The notes under the pieces were generated by a model. It did no database searches, had not been told where the DNA came from, and saw only the letters and a list, made by a program, of their open reading frames with translations. DNA of 64,000 nt from an uncultured Pirellulaceae bacterium (GTDB lineage: Bacteria > Planctomycetota > Planctomycetia > Pirellulales > Pirellulaceae). The DNA is taken from the NCBI GenBank assembly GCA_964588195.1, contig CAZPOL010000008.1, forward strand, positions 9,801-73,800, read 5' to 3'. How positions within the stretch are numbered: position 1 is the stretch's first letter; each line of letters begins with the position of its first letter. Position numbers and translations under genes: made by a program. This document shows, piece by piece, positions 1 to 12,800 of the stretch.

Positions 1-489
1 TATCTTCAAACCAAGCGTTGGTACCGAGACTACGAATTAAGTCTGCAGTGGCGATGGCCAGGCGAACGTGGCGGCAACAGTGGCGTGCTGGTTCATACCA
101 CGACTCCTTTACTGTTCTACGGTTGGCCCAAGTCGATGGAGGTGCAGTTGCAGGCCGGAAACGCAGGTGACTTTTGGGTGATCGGAACTGGCGTTGATGT
201 GCGAGTTGAAGACGAGTCGAATCGTCGCCCACAACCCAAGCCAGGCAACCAGCATTCACATCGCCGAATCAAACGATTGAAAAACGATGCCACCGAAACC
301 GTCGAAAAACCGGTTGGAGAATGGAATACCATGAAGGTGATCTGTGACGACAACGAAATCAAGGTGTTCGTCAACGACGTTCTGGTAAATCACGGCACTG
401 AAATGACCGTTACAGAAGGCGCGATCGCTCTGCAATCCGAAGGCAGGCCCATCGAATTCAAAAACATCAATGTCAGCGTGCTGAAGTAG
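1..489 (+). CDS. DUF1080 / 3-keto-disaccharide hydrolase-like protein (5' end outside window)
   Basis: Frame 1 is open from the window edge (YLQTKRWYRDYELSLQWRWPGERGGNSGVLVH...) and ends at TAG 487-489. The pattern GNSGV, FWVIG, WNTMKVICDDNEIKVFVNDVLV, IALQSEG.PIEFKNI is typical of the DUF1080 jelly-roll family that is abundant in Planctomycetota. Confidence 0.8.
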   Translation, partial: YLQTKRWYRDYELSLQWRWPGERGGNSGVLVHTTTPLLFYGWPKSMEVQLQAGNAGDFWVIGTGVDVRVEDESNRRPQPKPGNQHSHRRIKRLKNDATETVEKPVGEWNTMKVICDDNEIKVFVNDVLVNHGTEMTVTEGAIALQSEGRPIEFKNINVSVLK

Positions 490-509
490 TTCTTTGCGAC
501 GGGGTTGCA

Positions 510-842
510 ATGAATAAAGAAGAACCTGCCTGGTCACCTGTAAAAGCAATTGTTGTGATTTGCAGTATGTTCATTGCATTGGTTGTGGCGTGTTGGTTTC
601 AATATTACGCCTATATCAACCATGACTATTTCCGTGGGTCCGGCTTTGTTGTCTTGTGGACAGCGTTTGTAGTTTGTGGTTACGCCGGTTGGATAATCTA
701 CTCGGATTTGAAAAAGGGTTTTGTTCGTGGTGCTGTATTTGCCGTTTGTCTCTTCATTTTAAGCTTCGTTTGCCTCTTCATCTCATTGACAATTTTTGAT
801 TGGTATTACGTGATTGGACGACCTGCTCAATTTGAAGCATGA
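510..842 (+). CDS. small integral membrane protein, unknown function
   Basis: 110-aa ORF with three or four hydrophobic stretches (AIVVICSMFIALVVACWF, FVVLWTAFVVCGYAGWIIY, AVFAVCLFILSFVCLFISLTIF). I recognise no family. Confidence 0.5.
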   Translation: MNKEEPAWSPVKAIVVICSMFIALVVACWFQYYAYINHDYFRGSGFVVLWTAFVVCGYAGWIIYSDLKKGFVRGAVFAVCLFILSFVCLFISLTIFDWYYVIGRPAQFEA

Positions 843-924
843 CGAGGTCGGGAATCTTTTCGCTCCGCGCGCCGCGAATTTCCAGCCAGGCAGAAAATAA
901 ACCCGACCCCTGCCGTTTGCCAGC

Positions 925-1374
925 GTGAATATGCAGGTTTCAACGATCTTCCGCAGGAAATTTCAGGATTCGGAGTGGGAATTCTCCGTTTCCTGGAATA
1001 TTCATGCGTGTTCTGCTGATCTATCTCTGTCTGGAATGGGGTTTCCCCAACTTGACGACGACTTATTCAAAGACTCAAAGGAACCGAGGGCAAGAGTGGC
1101 TAGTAATTCAACCGAAACGGCAGAGAGTTTTATGGAGGCAATTATGGGAGCGACGGAGGTCTTTCAAGGCGGTTTAAAAAGAATCTCTTTGGAGCGACTC
1201 ACCGAAATTGCCAGGAAGAAATTCGGCTACCGGGGAAGTGTTGATCAGCTAGTCAATCATTTCGAAAACGACAAACGTTTCAAACTGGTTTCCTATGAGG
1301 AGCGGGCAACTGGCAACAAATGTTGGTACCTCTGCAAACCGCAAACAACCGGCCACGCGCCGGCGATGGACTGA
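925..1374 (+). CDS. hypothetical protein
   Basis: 149-aa ORF with no overlapping better ORF. The start is ambiguous (GTG 925 or ATG 931). No recognisable motif. Confidence 0.4.
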   Translation: MNMQVSTIFRRKFQDSEWEFSVSWNIHACSADLSLSGMGFPQLDDDLFKDSKEPRARVASNSTETAESFMEAIMGATEVFQGGLKRISLERLTEIARKKFGYRGSVDQLVNHFENDKRFKLVSYEERATGNKCWYLCKPQTTGHAPAMD

Positions 1375-1530
1375 GCTGGAAAGCAATTCGATCGCGGATT
1401 GCTTTGATCACTCTTCCTGCGCGACGTGGCCTGGTTTGCGATGTCCGACGGGTTCGCAAATCAGGCCCGTCGATTGTTTTGAATTCATCCATGCCCTGCA
1501 GGGGCAAAACGATTCATAAGTGGGGCGATT

Positions 1531-1565
1531 AAAAAAGATCTGGTGCCAGGCCGGGCACCAGGTCT
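1531..1565 (-). terminator. rho-independent terminator of the sulfatase gene
   Basis: Read on the minus strand: ctggtgcc-cggcct-ggcaccag (8-bp GC-rich stem) followed by atctttttt. It lies about 12 nt after the sulfatase stop at 1577. Confidence 0.6.
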
Positions 1566-1576
1566 TTCGCTCTACT

Positions 1577-3235
1577 TTATCTGTTCCGCATTTCGGAGTG
1601 CCACTCGGCGGGCTTCACCGAACGATCGCTGTCATCCTGGAACCGGTCCTGAAGTCGAGTCAACTCCTGTTTCAGCTCGGCGATCTTGTCAGCATTCGCC
1701 GCGTCGTTGTAGCCGTTTGCCAGTTCATCCGGGTCGGCTTTCAGATCGTAGAATTCCCACTCGTCCAATTGGTAGAAGTGCATCAGCTTGTGAGTCTCCG
1801 TGCGGACGCCGCAATGTTTGGGAACCATGTGTGCTCCCGGATAAGCGTAATAGTGGTAGTACAGACTGGTTCGCCAATCCTCGGGCGATTCACCTTTGAG
1901 TAGAGGAACCAACGATCGGCCTTGCATGGTCTGCGGGGCTTCAGCACCACAGATATCCAAAAACGTTTGGGCGTAATCCAAGTTCTGGACCAGGTGATTG
2001 TTTTCGGAGTTCGGCGCGGTGACACCGGGCCACGAAACAATTAGCGGCATCATCATCGACTCTTCATACATCCAGCGTTTGTCGTACCAGCCGTGATCGC
2101 CAAGGTAGAAACCCTGGTCCGAGGCGTAGATGACAACCGTATTGTCGGCCAGCCCGTTGTCTTTCAGCCACTGATTGATCCGACCGACCGACTCGTCGAC
2201 ACCCTTGATGCAGCGTAGGTAGTTCTTGATGTATCGCTGGTACTTCCAACGGACCAGTTCGTCACCGGTCAAATTGGCTGCGAAGTAGGCATCGTTTCGA
2301 TCCTTCCACTTGGCGTCCCACTCGGCCCGCTGCGCTTCGGTCATTTTGCCAAGGTTATTGAAAGCCGATTTATCCAGTGAACCGCCCTGCTCTTTCGCCG
2401 GGTCGTAATCGGCAGGCAACGGCAGTTGCAGGTCGTAGCTTAAGTGCAAGTCGCGGTCGACCCGCATCGTCTGGTGCTGGGCACCAGATGCGTTGTCTTC
2501 CCATTTGTCGAACAGCGTATCGGGCTCAGGCATATCCATGTCGGCGTACAAGTCCAGATGGCGAAGCGCCGGCATCCACGCCCGGTGCGGAGCCTTGTGT
2601 TGGCACATCAACATGAACGGCTTCTTGTCTTCGCCTTGGGTTTGTTCTGTTAGCCACGCGATCGCCTTGTCGGTAACCAGGTCCGTGCAATGGCCCTCGA
2701 ACGTTTCACGCTTTGCTTCATCGTTATCGCCAGGCGAAAGAAAAACCGGGTTGTAATAATCGCCTTGTCCCGGAAGGACTTCCCAGTGGTCGAAGCCTTG
2801 CGGCAGAGATTTTAGATGCCACTTGCCAATGATGGCCGTTTGGTAGCCGGCTTTGCCAAGCAGTTTTGGAAACGTCATTTGCGAACCGTCGAATTGGTTC
2901 CCGTTGGACATAAAGCCATTCTTGTGGCTGTGCAAACCAGTCAGGATCACGGCGCGGCTGGGACCACAAATCGAATTCGTGCAGAAGCTTTTACGGAAAA
3001 TCATTCCGCTGGCCGCCAACGCATCGATGTTTGGTGTTGGGTTCACGTCGGCGAACAATCCTTGATAGGCACCGATGGCGTGGTTGGCATGGTCGTCGCT
3101 AAAGATAAACACAATGTTCGGTTTTTCTTGAGCCGCCAGGTTGCCGGCAAAGCCGCCGAGTTGGCAAATGGTCAACAACGCAGTGAGAGCCAGCGTTCGC
3201 AAAGTGAACGAGGTATGTTTGGTGACGAACTTCAT
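1577..3235 (-). CDS. Cys-type sulfatase (arylsulfatase / N-acetylglucosamine-6-sulfatase-like), secreted
   Basis: PNIVFIFSDDH metal-binding block and the CxPxR formylglycine motif (CTNSICGPSRAVILTG). GKWHL block. Signal-like N-terminus MKFVTKHTSFTLRTLALTALLTICQLGGFAGNLAAQE, so I chose the ATG at 3235. The longest ORF extends to 3265. Confidence 0.9.
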   Translation of the reverse strand: MKFVTKHTSFTLRTLALTALLTICQLGGFAGNLAAQEKPNIVFIFSDDHANHAIGAYQGLFADVNPTPNIDALAASGMIFRKSFCTNSICGPSRAVILTGLHSHKNGFMSNGNQFDGSQMTFPKLLGKAGYQTAIIGKWHLKSLPQGFDHWEVLPGQGDYYNPVFLSPGDNDEAKRETFEGHCTDLVTDKAIAWLTEQTQGEDKKPFMLMCQHKAPHRAWMPALRHLDLYADMDMPEPDTLFDKWEDNASGAQHQTMRVDRDLHLSYDLQLPLPADYDPAKEQGGSLDKSAFNNLGKMTEAQRAEWDAKWKDRNDAYFAANLTGDELVRWKYQRYIKNYLRCIKGVDESVGRINQWLKDNGLADNTVVIYASDQGFYLGDHGWYDKRWMYEESMMMPLIVSWPGVTAPNSENNHLVQNLDYAQTFLDICGAEAPQTMQGRSLVPLLKGESPEDWRTSLYYHYYAYPGAHMVPKHCGVRTETHKLMHFYQLDEWEFYDLKADPDELANGYNDAANADKIAELKQELTRLQDRFQDDSDRSVKPAEWHSEMRNR

Positions 3236-3810
3236 TCGGTAGATCCACATCAAGAAATCGAGCATTCTAAAACGCTCATTCTAGTGCAAAATGAAATCGC
3301 TTCCATCAGTCAACGATGAGGCGATTAAAACGGCAGTTTGACGATGAAATAGCCGATTGGTTGTGACGCAAGACGATCAGGCCTCGCGAAAATTGGCAGC
3401 CTTCCGTCGAGTCGACCAACCAACCGATCGACCAACCGCTCAACAAACTTTTTGATCTTTGTCGCCGAGGGTTTCTGGAGACTGATTCCGAATGCAGATT
3501 TCAAAGTCACAAAAGTCAGTCAAGCGAGCTTGATGGTTTTCGTAAATCAATTTTGAAAAGTCCAACGCGTTACGAGCGAGAGCAAATTCCTTCCCCACCT
3601 GTTTGGCAAATACGAGTTTTGTCGGAGGCAAATTTCAAGGGCGATCCGATTCGGCAATGTCCATGTATTACAAACAAGTGGTCATGCATTTTTCATTGTG
3701 TTAGTTGGATGGCTTAACGTTGAAATTGACTCTCTTGTTGGAATTGATTTTTCAATCTTGTATCATGAAGGATCAGGAACGCATCATAATTGTTTGGAGA
3801 GACGAGCGCG

Positions 3811-6800
3811 ATGTCAGTGCGAAAATGTTTGGCCACCACCCTGGTCTTCTTGTTTCTATTTCCCGCCCTCGTGATTGCCCAGCAAGACGCACCGCTGGAG
3901 AAGTCGTTGAAGTATCACAAGGCGTTGCAAAGACGCCCGGTGCCTGGTTACTTGTTCGACAGGTTCTTCAACAGTTGGCTGGACGTGTCTTCGCTTGACG
4001 AGATGGAAACCTTTCTGCGTGACGAAGCGGAGAAGAGCGGCGCGGCGAACGACCAATTGTTGCTGGCCTTCTTCTTTGCCAAACAAGGCGAGGAGGTGAA
4101 CGCGTTGGAGCAGTTTCGTTTGGCACTGGAAAAGGATCCGGGCAACGCTGCCACGCTCTATGAAAAGGCGGCGATCGAGGCCCGGACGCTCGACTTTGAA
4201 ACCGCGTTGAATGATCTGACTCAAGCCGCTGCTTCAAATCCCAAGCCGGAAGAGGCGATCAAGATCGCGCAACTGCAGGGCAAGCTGTATGTGCGCAACC
4301 GTGAAAACGACAAGGCGATTAACGTCTGGAAAGAATTGATTGCGGCCAATCCTCAGGATGCGGGGCTGATGGAGGACGTGATCGAGCTGCAAATCACAGA
4401 GGGGCTTTTTGATGAAGCCAGCGAACTCTCGGATCAGTTGATTGCGATGACGACCGATCCGTATCAAAAAGTGATGCGTCGATTGCGGAAAGGCGATATT
4501 TTTCAACGGGGTGGGAAACGTGAAAAGGCGTTAGAAGTCTACGGCGAGTCGCTGAAACAGGTCGGTGCCGATACATGGCTGGAGCGCGAAATCCTTGGCC
4601 AGATCGAACAGCTGTTCCGTCGCGAAGACGATTTGATCGGACTGAATGACCACTACAAAAAACTGTTGGAGGCCGAGAGCAACAGGATTTCCATCCGTAA
4701 ATCGGTTGCAAGTTTGAAATTCGAATTGGGTCAGATCGACGAATCGGTCAAGGCGTTTGAGGAAATCATCAAGCTGACGCCTGGTGATCGACCGAATCGA
4801 GAAGCCTTTATCAACTTGCTGTCCCGCGCTGAAAAGAGTGCCGAGGCGGTTAAGCAAACTGAATCGTTGATCAAGCAGTATCCAGAAGATGCCGAGCTGC
4901 AAATCAAGTTGGCCGAGCTAAGCTTCAAGGCCGACGACATGGCAAAAGTCGATGCGTCTATTGATACCTTCATCAAGGTCTCTGGCGAAAACGAATACGC
5001 GTTCTTGCGTGCCGCTCGCTTGCTGGAACGATTCAAGAAGCAGGAAAAGGCCGAGGCGATTTACCAGCGGGCTGTGGCGGCGTTTCCGGAATCAGATTCT
5101 GCCAACGAGTCGTTGGCCGCGTTTCTTTACAAGCACGAGAAAAAGGCTGAGGCAATTGCGATATGGACGAAGCTGGTTGAGGGAGCCGATCGGTCTCGCC
5201 TGGTCCGGATCGCTCGTGTCGTTAGTACTCAGCAAGAGCACCAGGCGGCGTTTGATTTATTGAATCAGCGTTACGAAGACTTCAAGCTGGATTCGATTTT
5301 CCTGGGACAGTTGTGCACGGAAGCAATCGCGTTGAAGAAATTCAAGGAAGCGATTCCATGGGCGACCAGTCGCGTGCGGCTATCCCGGACCGTTGGCGAT
5401 CTGGACAGTGCTTTGGGGCAAGCGGTTCAGGCGATTTCCAGTGCCAATCAGATTGAAAATCAGGTCAGGGAATTGCAGGCGGCCGAAAAACCGAACGTCC
5501 CAATGACCTGTTTGCTGGCCGAATTAATGGAACGCAACAATGAGGGACTGAAAGCCGAGCAGGTTTTGTCCGACGCCTTGGCATCGAACGAGCGAGCCGC
5601 CAATGACGCTAACGAAGAGAACGTGCAGGTGCAAATGTTGTGGCGTCAAAAAGTGCGGGTGTTCAAGAATCGCCAGGATTGGTTGGCTGCCGCCAAGGCC
5701 ACGGAACAGATGATTGGTCTGGCAGGTGGTCGCAAGAGTGTCAATATTCGCGAGGCTGTGCAGTTGTTCGTGAGGGCCTCCGAAAACGAGTCGGCGTTGA
5801 ATTGGATCGAGGAATGGAAGAAGGTCTCGCCGGGCAGTGTCACGCCGTGGCTGAATCATGCTCAGGTCAATGATCAGATGGGCCAATACAAGCAGGCGAT
5901 CCAGGTGCTGCGTTCAGCAACGCAAAAATTCCCGAAAGATCCCGATCTGTTTGGTCAGTTGGCACAACGCTACATCAGCAACGGGCAATTTAATGATGCG
6001 ATGCGAATTTACTGGCGTCAGTACGAAGAGAGCGAAAAGCTGTCCGACAAACTGCGTTGGTCCGATCGCCTGGCAAACCTTAGCGACGATACCGGGAAGA
6101 TGGACGAACTGATCGCCAGGTTCCAGGAACGCAAGAATAACAATCCGAATTCAATCGAGCCTTTGCTGGCTATGGCTCAGGCTCACCGCGTCGCCGACAA
6201 TTACGAAGAGCGGCGAATGTCGTTGCTGGAGGCGACTCGAATTCAGAAGGACAACCTGCCGTTGTTGATGGAGATCGCGCGGCTGGAGGAATCCGAGGGC
6301 AATTGGGAAAAGGCGATTCAAACGCTGGAGAAAGCAAGCGAGATCGACAAGACGACTCGCTCCCGACAACAGATCGCACGGCTTTACATTCAGTACGGCG
6401 AGTCGCAGGAAGGGTTTGCCAGGCTGTTGGAAATCGCGGGCGGTGAAAACTCATCGGCCAGAGATGTGGAATCGATCGCGGTCGCTATTATCGACGCCCA
6501 GGAATGGGAGCAAGCTCGCGAGTTTCTGTTGACTCAAGTGAGCCGATTCGAAGACGACTACCGTCTTCGCTTCCTGTTGGCAGTCACCAATTATGAACTG
6601 GACCTGATCCCCGCGGCACAGGCCGAGCTGTTGAAACTGGTCAACGTTGAAACAGAGTTGACCGGCGTGCAGAATCCCACTTCGACTAGTAGGCATGGCG
6701 GGATCCCGGCTTACATCGAGAATCAGATGAGAGGTCTGAAGCAAATATTGCCTTCAGGTGCGGCGAGAATTTTTGAACTGAATTGGGTGACCGATAGCAG

Positions 6801-9800
6801 TCCATTTGGTTCGCGGGAACCTTTTTTTAGCGGTTCTCTAGCCTCGTGGTTGCCCAACCGCGCAGATGTTTGCCAGACCATGGCAATTTCAGGACTGATG
6901 GAACTTCGAGAAAAACTCGATGACGAGGAACAGGAACTACTGAAGCAGCAACTGAAGGACAATGGCATCGGCAATGTCGACATTCTCTTCCTGGCAGATG
7001 AACGGTTGCTGCACGGTGGTGACACCAGTGTTCTCGCGGATGAATACCCGGACGATGAGGTCGCCCTTGCGATCAGCTTGTTTTCAATGATCGACGATGA
7101 CGAATCTGACCCGGAATACGCAGCGAAGGGGTACCAGGTATTCAAGGCCACGTACCCTGAGCTCGCTTTTCTGGCAGCTTTACAAGCCGCGTCCAAAGAC
7201 AAGTCGCACGCCAAAGCATTGTCGGAGGCACTGCAGCAGATTCGCGAAATCGGAGAACCGAATTCGCTTTTGATCTCGGCGATTGCTCAGATCGTTGGTT
7301 TGGCATCCCAGGACATGGTTGAGAACCAATTGACCAAGGAACACACTGCTCAATTGAATGAATTGTTGGTGGAATGGTATCCGCAGGTTCAATCGGACCC
7401 GGATGCTTCCTGGGTTTTCGAACTGATCCACAATGCGTTGATGGCGGACGAGTCCGCCGATCGGTTGGTCAATTTTATGGATGAGCAAGTCGTAATTGCC
7501 GCCAAAAATAAATCGAATTCGTCAGCGAGCTTTGGAATATATCGATATCGATATTCCTCTCGCAGTGCGATGGTGTTGATGCCGACTTTTCCGCCAGAAC
7601 AGCTGATTGAATTCCCCGAGCAGGTCTACAAAACGCTCGGAATGAGTAACAGCCGCGACGAATTTGATCCATTTGGTTCTGAGGACGAAGATCCAGTCGA
7701 ATGGGCGGAAAAGTTTGGTGGTAGTGTCGACAAGGCGAAGGATCCGATCCTCCGCTTTTTGATACAGGTGAAGCTGGCAATGGCGGACCCAATGGAAATG
7801 GACAAGCCTGTCGAGCAACAGTTGGTGGAGGGTCGAAAAACGCTTACTGAAGTGCTTGGTTCCGAACGTCCCAACGCGGATGCCTACTATCTTGCAGCTT
7901 GCCTGGCGGCTGGCCAGCAACGATTCGCGGATGCCTCGAACCTGTTTGAAAAAATGCGAAACCTGCCACTGAATCGCGAAGTTCGTCAGAGGATCGATGG
8001 TCATTTGATCGCGATCGCGACCCAGGGGCTCGTTACTGATCTGCAAGCCAAGGAAAATGAATCCATCTTCCTTTCGGCGAAATCTGCGGCCTTACGGTTG
8101 CGGCGTGGGCGATTGAACCAGGAAGAACGTCAAAATCTGTTGTCCGTATTCGAGACGCTTGGTTTGGAAAACGAAGCGGAGAAAATGGAAGAGAAGATTG
8201 CCCAAAGCCAGGGCGCGAGAAATTTCTCGGGACGTGTTGCCCCTATGACTTCTCCAACAGAACGAATTGCGGAATTGGTGGACGCGGGGAATACCGAGGC
8301 TGCCGTCAAGTTATTGACTCAGAATTTTCGAAGTTTGTCTCGATCAGCGGTCGCCTTGAATACTTTGACCGATGGTTCTTACGAATTGCGAGAGTTCGTA
8401 AATCAGGTCAAGCAGCTGGGGGTGAAGGACGAATTTTTGGCTCAGGTTGCTGCGAATGAATCAAACTCGCGGATGATCGCGCTGGCCAACGAGCTGTTTG
8501 GGAATTCCGCTGAGGCGATTGCGGGCTATCGCCAATCTTTGCAGGAAAATGAAAAGCAGGAAGGTGTGCGGTTTCGTTTGCTGATGTTGGAAATCACCGA
8601 GGACGCGGATGCCCTCGCAAAACACTTTCCGAAATTTCAAAAACGATCGCAAAACACGGTTGGCACGATGTTGTTTTCCAGAGTCAGTGGCCAACAACCC
8701 ACTGCCGACAGAACGCTGGAAATCGTGGATCAAATCTGCAGCTATCTGGATTCTGCTGACGTGGAGAATGCAGATTTTACCTGGCTGGATTATGCTATAG
8801 GGATTTTGAGTACTCAGGTCGCCATTGATTCCCGTAGAGGTGGTTATCTGCGGTCCGCCTATCTGCTGATTGACGAAGACAAGGAAAAACCGGATGAAGA
8901 TGAATCAAAAGTTGAAAAAGAGTTGCGGGAGCGCATCGAGTTGCTGACTGAGAAGCGAAATCGTTTGCATGATGAGCTTGCCAGGAAAATGATCGACATC
9001 CCGTCGGTCTCGTCGACAGGATTCACAGCACTGCTGGCCTCACATGAGGCAAAGCGAGCCGAGGTCGGCGAGGAGTTCGTTCAGTATGCAATGACTGCGC
9101 TGCAACCGGTTAAGAAGACGGTTGGGTCACGGGGTTCCGCTTCGATGATGCAAAGGCGAATCGTCAGTTCAAGGGGATTCTATAGCGGGTCCAATTCCAA
9201 AGTCGCCAGGAAGAGATCGCCGATTCAATTTCTTGCTCGATACTATGGAACGTCGGAAGCCGATAGTGATGCCGATGTCGAAAAACTGGTCAATCAGCTG
9301 ACAGAATGGAAAGCAAAGGAAAAGGTCGAAGAACTTGAAATGATCTACGAATTGTACAAGGCTTCGCCCGAACAATTCGTATCGGTCGCGAAGCAATTAA
9401 TTGAAAAGGGCAACTCGCGCCGTTCCAGTTTCGCCGGGACCAAGTACGCCAGGATCGTCGAGATTTGGGCCGATCGTCAGGCTCCCTGCGACCTTACTGT
9501 CGTGTTGATAGAGGAGACCGACAGCAAGCCTGGTCGGTCCGGTGATGGCGATCGAAATTCCGCAGTCGTGTCATATATTTCATGGCTGGCCGAAAATGAA
9601 AAGTTAACAGAAGCCGCAGACTTCTTGACGCAGTATCGTACCAGCCTCATAGGCGATTTGGACGAAGCGGTTGAATTGCTCGAGGCATCGCAGAATTCAA
9701 ATTCAGGCCGCGGCGTGTCTCGTGGGTCTCGCAAGACCCTGGAAAAGGTTCGCAATTATGAACGATTGATTCGACAATTGATGAGCGAAAAAGCGACCGT

Positions 9801-12800
9801 CTTGCTGGCCGTCAAGGAAGCACAGCGATTGAACAGTGAGATAGCCTTCAATAATTTTGGGTATGAGTTCCCGCGTTTTTTCAGTGAATTTGGTTCGCAA
9901 GATGTTGAACAAGCCATTGCCTGGCTGGGACAAATTGATGTGCTGAAGGAATTTAGCGAATTCGACGGGATTGTGATCGGGCAGGAGTCTGCCGAATCGA
10001 AATGGGCAAGCGCTTTGTTACGACTGAATGACTATTCTGACTCCGAAATTCGCGAGGCATTGGTTGAACATTACAAACAACAGACAGACAAAACGTTTGG
10101 CGAGAAACTGTTGGTGATGGCATGCAATGGAGATCTACGCTCTGCCGCAAATGTGTACGGGTTGCTAGGCGAATCATTGGAGGAATTCGAGGCGCTTTCA
10201 CAAGAGAAGCAATTTGAAATGGCCAAAATGGTTGGGCATTTAGTTGGCAGCGGATTTGAATTCCGACCCAGAAGTGAGTCAGTTTCACTTGAGGGAAATG
10301 CGGCCACTGCTAAACGGCTGGTTTCCAATCTTCTTGGCTCCTCCGCCAGTGCCAATGTGGAAAAAATTCTTGACGCTAAACGATTGAGCGACCTGGGAAT
10401 CGATGAGTACGAATTCAACGATTGGGCCAATGAGGTTGTGAAAAGCATGGATAAATCAGATCCAGAAAAAGTCGCACAAGTCTTTGCCAAAACGATCAAG
10501 TTGTCGAATCGCGAAGATCGTTTTTTCAGCGAATATGTGTCGGATTCCTTGATAGACATGGCAATATCAGGAGCAGAGTTCGATTCCTTCAAGATTGTTT
10601 TGCTTTTGATGAGTAATGCGGAATTCAAACAAATCACAATATCGGAAACGGCAGAGCAGACGTTGATTGCGTTGCTGCAGAAACAGCTTGCGAAACAGCA
10701 CGAATTACAAGATGAAAATGCCAATGGAAAAAACCGATTGTTGGCCTTCGATGCCGTGTATCAAGAACTTGGCGACAAGGTGGGACAGCAAGACATCTCT
10801 TGCTTGTTTCCGATGATGCACAAGTGGCTAAATGAATCAGAGGCCGCTGAGCTCGAGCGTTTGCAGGAGCTGATGGCGTTAGAATCTAAAGACGGTAAAT
10901 ACAAACAGATTGCCACCACCTGGTGGATCGCCTCCGCCGCCGCATTGGAAGTAAGTAGAGCGAGGGAAGCAACTGAGGAATCCGATTCCGAAGATACTGT
11001 GAAAGTTCGTCCCCGGCGTACGGAAATGTTCGCATACGAAGCCAGGTTGTTGCCAATTCTTCAGGATGAATCATTGACGATGCCATGGCGTTTGACGATC
11101 GTTGAACACCTGGCAAAGAACGCCACATTGCCGGCAGAAGTCGTTTGGGAGTGTGTTGATCTGGCGACGAAGGCAAACAAGCAAGGCGCGAGGGTTTCCG
11201 ATCTGCTAACTGGCAGTCTGTTCGCCGCAATGCAGGACTTTGAACAGGACGAAAAGTTCGCAAGTCGAGTAGAAAGTTTCGGAAAATCGTGGTTGGCTGC
11301 GTACGCAAAATCGAGAAATGGCTATTCTTATGGTGGATCAGTCCAATCTCGAATGATCGAATCTGCGGTTCGAGTATTCGCGAAGTCCGACAATCGAATC
11401 CTGGTCAATCAAGTATTGCGAAACTTCGCAGAACGTACAAAAAATCGTTCCACGATTGCGGTGTTGGTCGAGAGCGGGTTTCATCCGGAAGCCCGCAAGC
11501 TATTGCTTGAAAAACTAAAGGGGCGATCGTCAAACGGTCAGTCCCGAATGGTGGAAGAGTTTGGAGATGACGAAGGTAGCTACACGAGAGAACTGGAAAA
11601 GGCGACGCCAGCTTTCGTCGAACTGTTTGCAGAACCGGGCCTCAAGTTGCTGGTGGAAGCATGGCTGGCAGACTTGGCAGATCTCGATGATAAGTCGAAA
11701 GCCACTGACACCAAAAGGGCCGATCGACTTTCAGCATTGGCCAGCCGATACCCGACGACTGAGTTTCGTTCGAAATCTCAGCAGGACATGACGCTAATAT
11801 TGTTGGCCGGTTCCCCCGGGTCGGCGACACACATCGCCGAACCACTGGAAAAGCTGGCGGGGAAGTTACAGGCCACCGATCTTTGGGATTCGGATTCAGG
11901 CGTTCTGGCTAACAATTGTCAGTTGCTGTCCGCCCATATTGTCACGCAAATTCAGTTGAATAATTTCCAGCCTTTGATAACGGTCTTGAAAGAATTTTCG
12001 GCAGTCGAAAAGGATGAAAACGATTGGTACTTTGAAAGTGCCCAGCGACAACTACTTGGCCAGATCGATGAGCCGTTGTCCGAGTTGGTATCAAGTTCTT
12101 CGCCAGAAGAACTTGTCGAATTGCTGCCAATGTTCCGTGGCGTCTACGATCCAGCGCATGACGTTGGCTTATCGCAAGAGGTCAACTTGCTGGCTCACTT
12201 GCTGGCAGGCAAAACGGACGAGCTGGTCAATCAGTACGCCGAATTCAACAAGGACAAGGAGGAGGATGGCCGTCGGCGTGTTTCGCTGGACCCTGATTCG
12301 CTCTGGCCCAAAATTGTTGAGCATCTCGAAGCAACTAACAGGCTGGATCAAAAAGACGAGCGACTGAAGGTTGTGAAGGAAGTCTGGCAAATCAGTTGTG
12401 CGATCGGCCTGGATTGTGGCTCCGGACATTTCCAGGAGGGGATCCAGGAAAGCTGTGCAGGTTGTCGTGATGGAAAGTTTGGCCTGGATGCGATCAAGGA
12501 AGCCGGGTTGATGTCGGGTCAGGAACTGGCCGAGCACGCTGCGGCACTCGCGGAAATGGGCTCGGTCGATGGCGAGATCTGGCGGCAGCTGGGGAAAGAA
12601 CATCTCGAGCTTGAACAATTGGAACAAGCCGCCGAGTGTTTCCAAAAGGCCCTCGCTGGATCGACCGAAGAGATGGACCAGGCGAAAACAAACCGTAAAA
12701 TCGAATACGCTTTCGTTTTGGATCAACTGGAACGTGGCGAAGAATGCAAGAAGCTGCTTGAGGATATCGATGGATCGTTGTTGCTCGGTGACAACATCAA

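Noticed and set aside
1577-3235. Looked for a formylglycine-generating enzyme or anaerobic sulfatase maturase next to the Cys-type sulfatase.
   Set aside because: None is present in the window. That is normal for planctomycetal genomes, where many sulfatases share distant maturases, so it is not reported as a finding.
3790-3810. TTG start 21 nt upstream of the ATG of the giant TPR gene. Likewise the longest-ORF starts at 3265, 12992, 32333, 33661, 39342, 51910, 56443 and 61002.
   Set aside because: The internal ATG or GTG starts give proper signal peptides or family-typical N-termini, and some have SD sequences. The longer versions are only the maximal ORFs. Start choices remain predictions.
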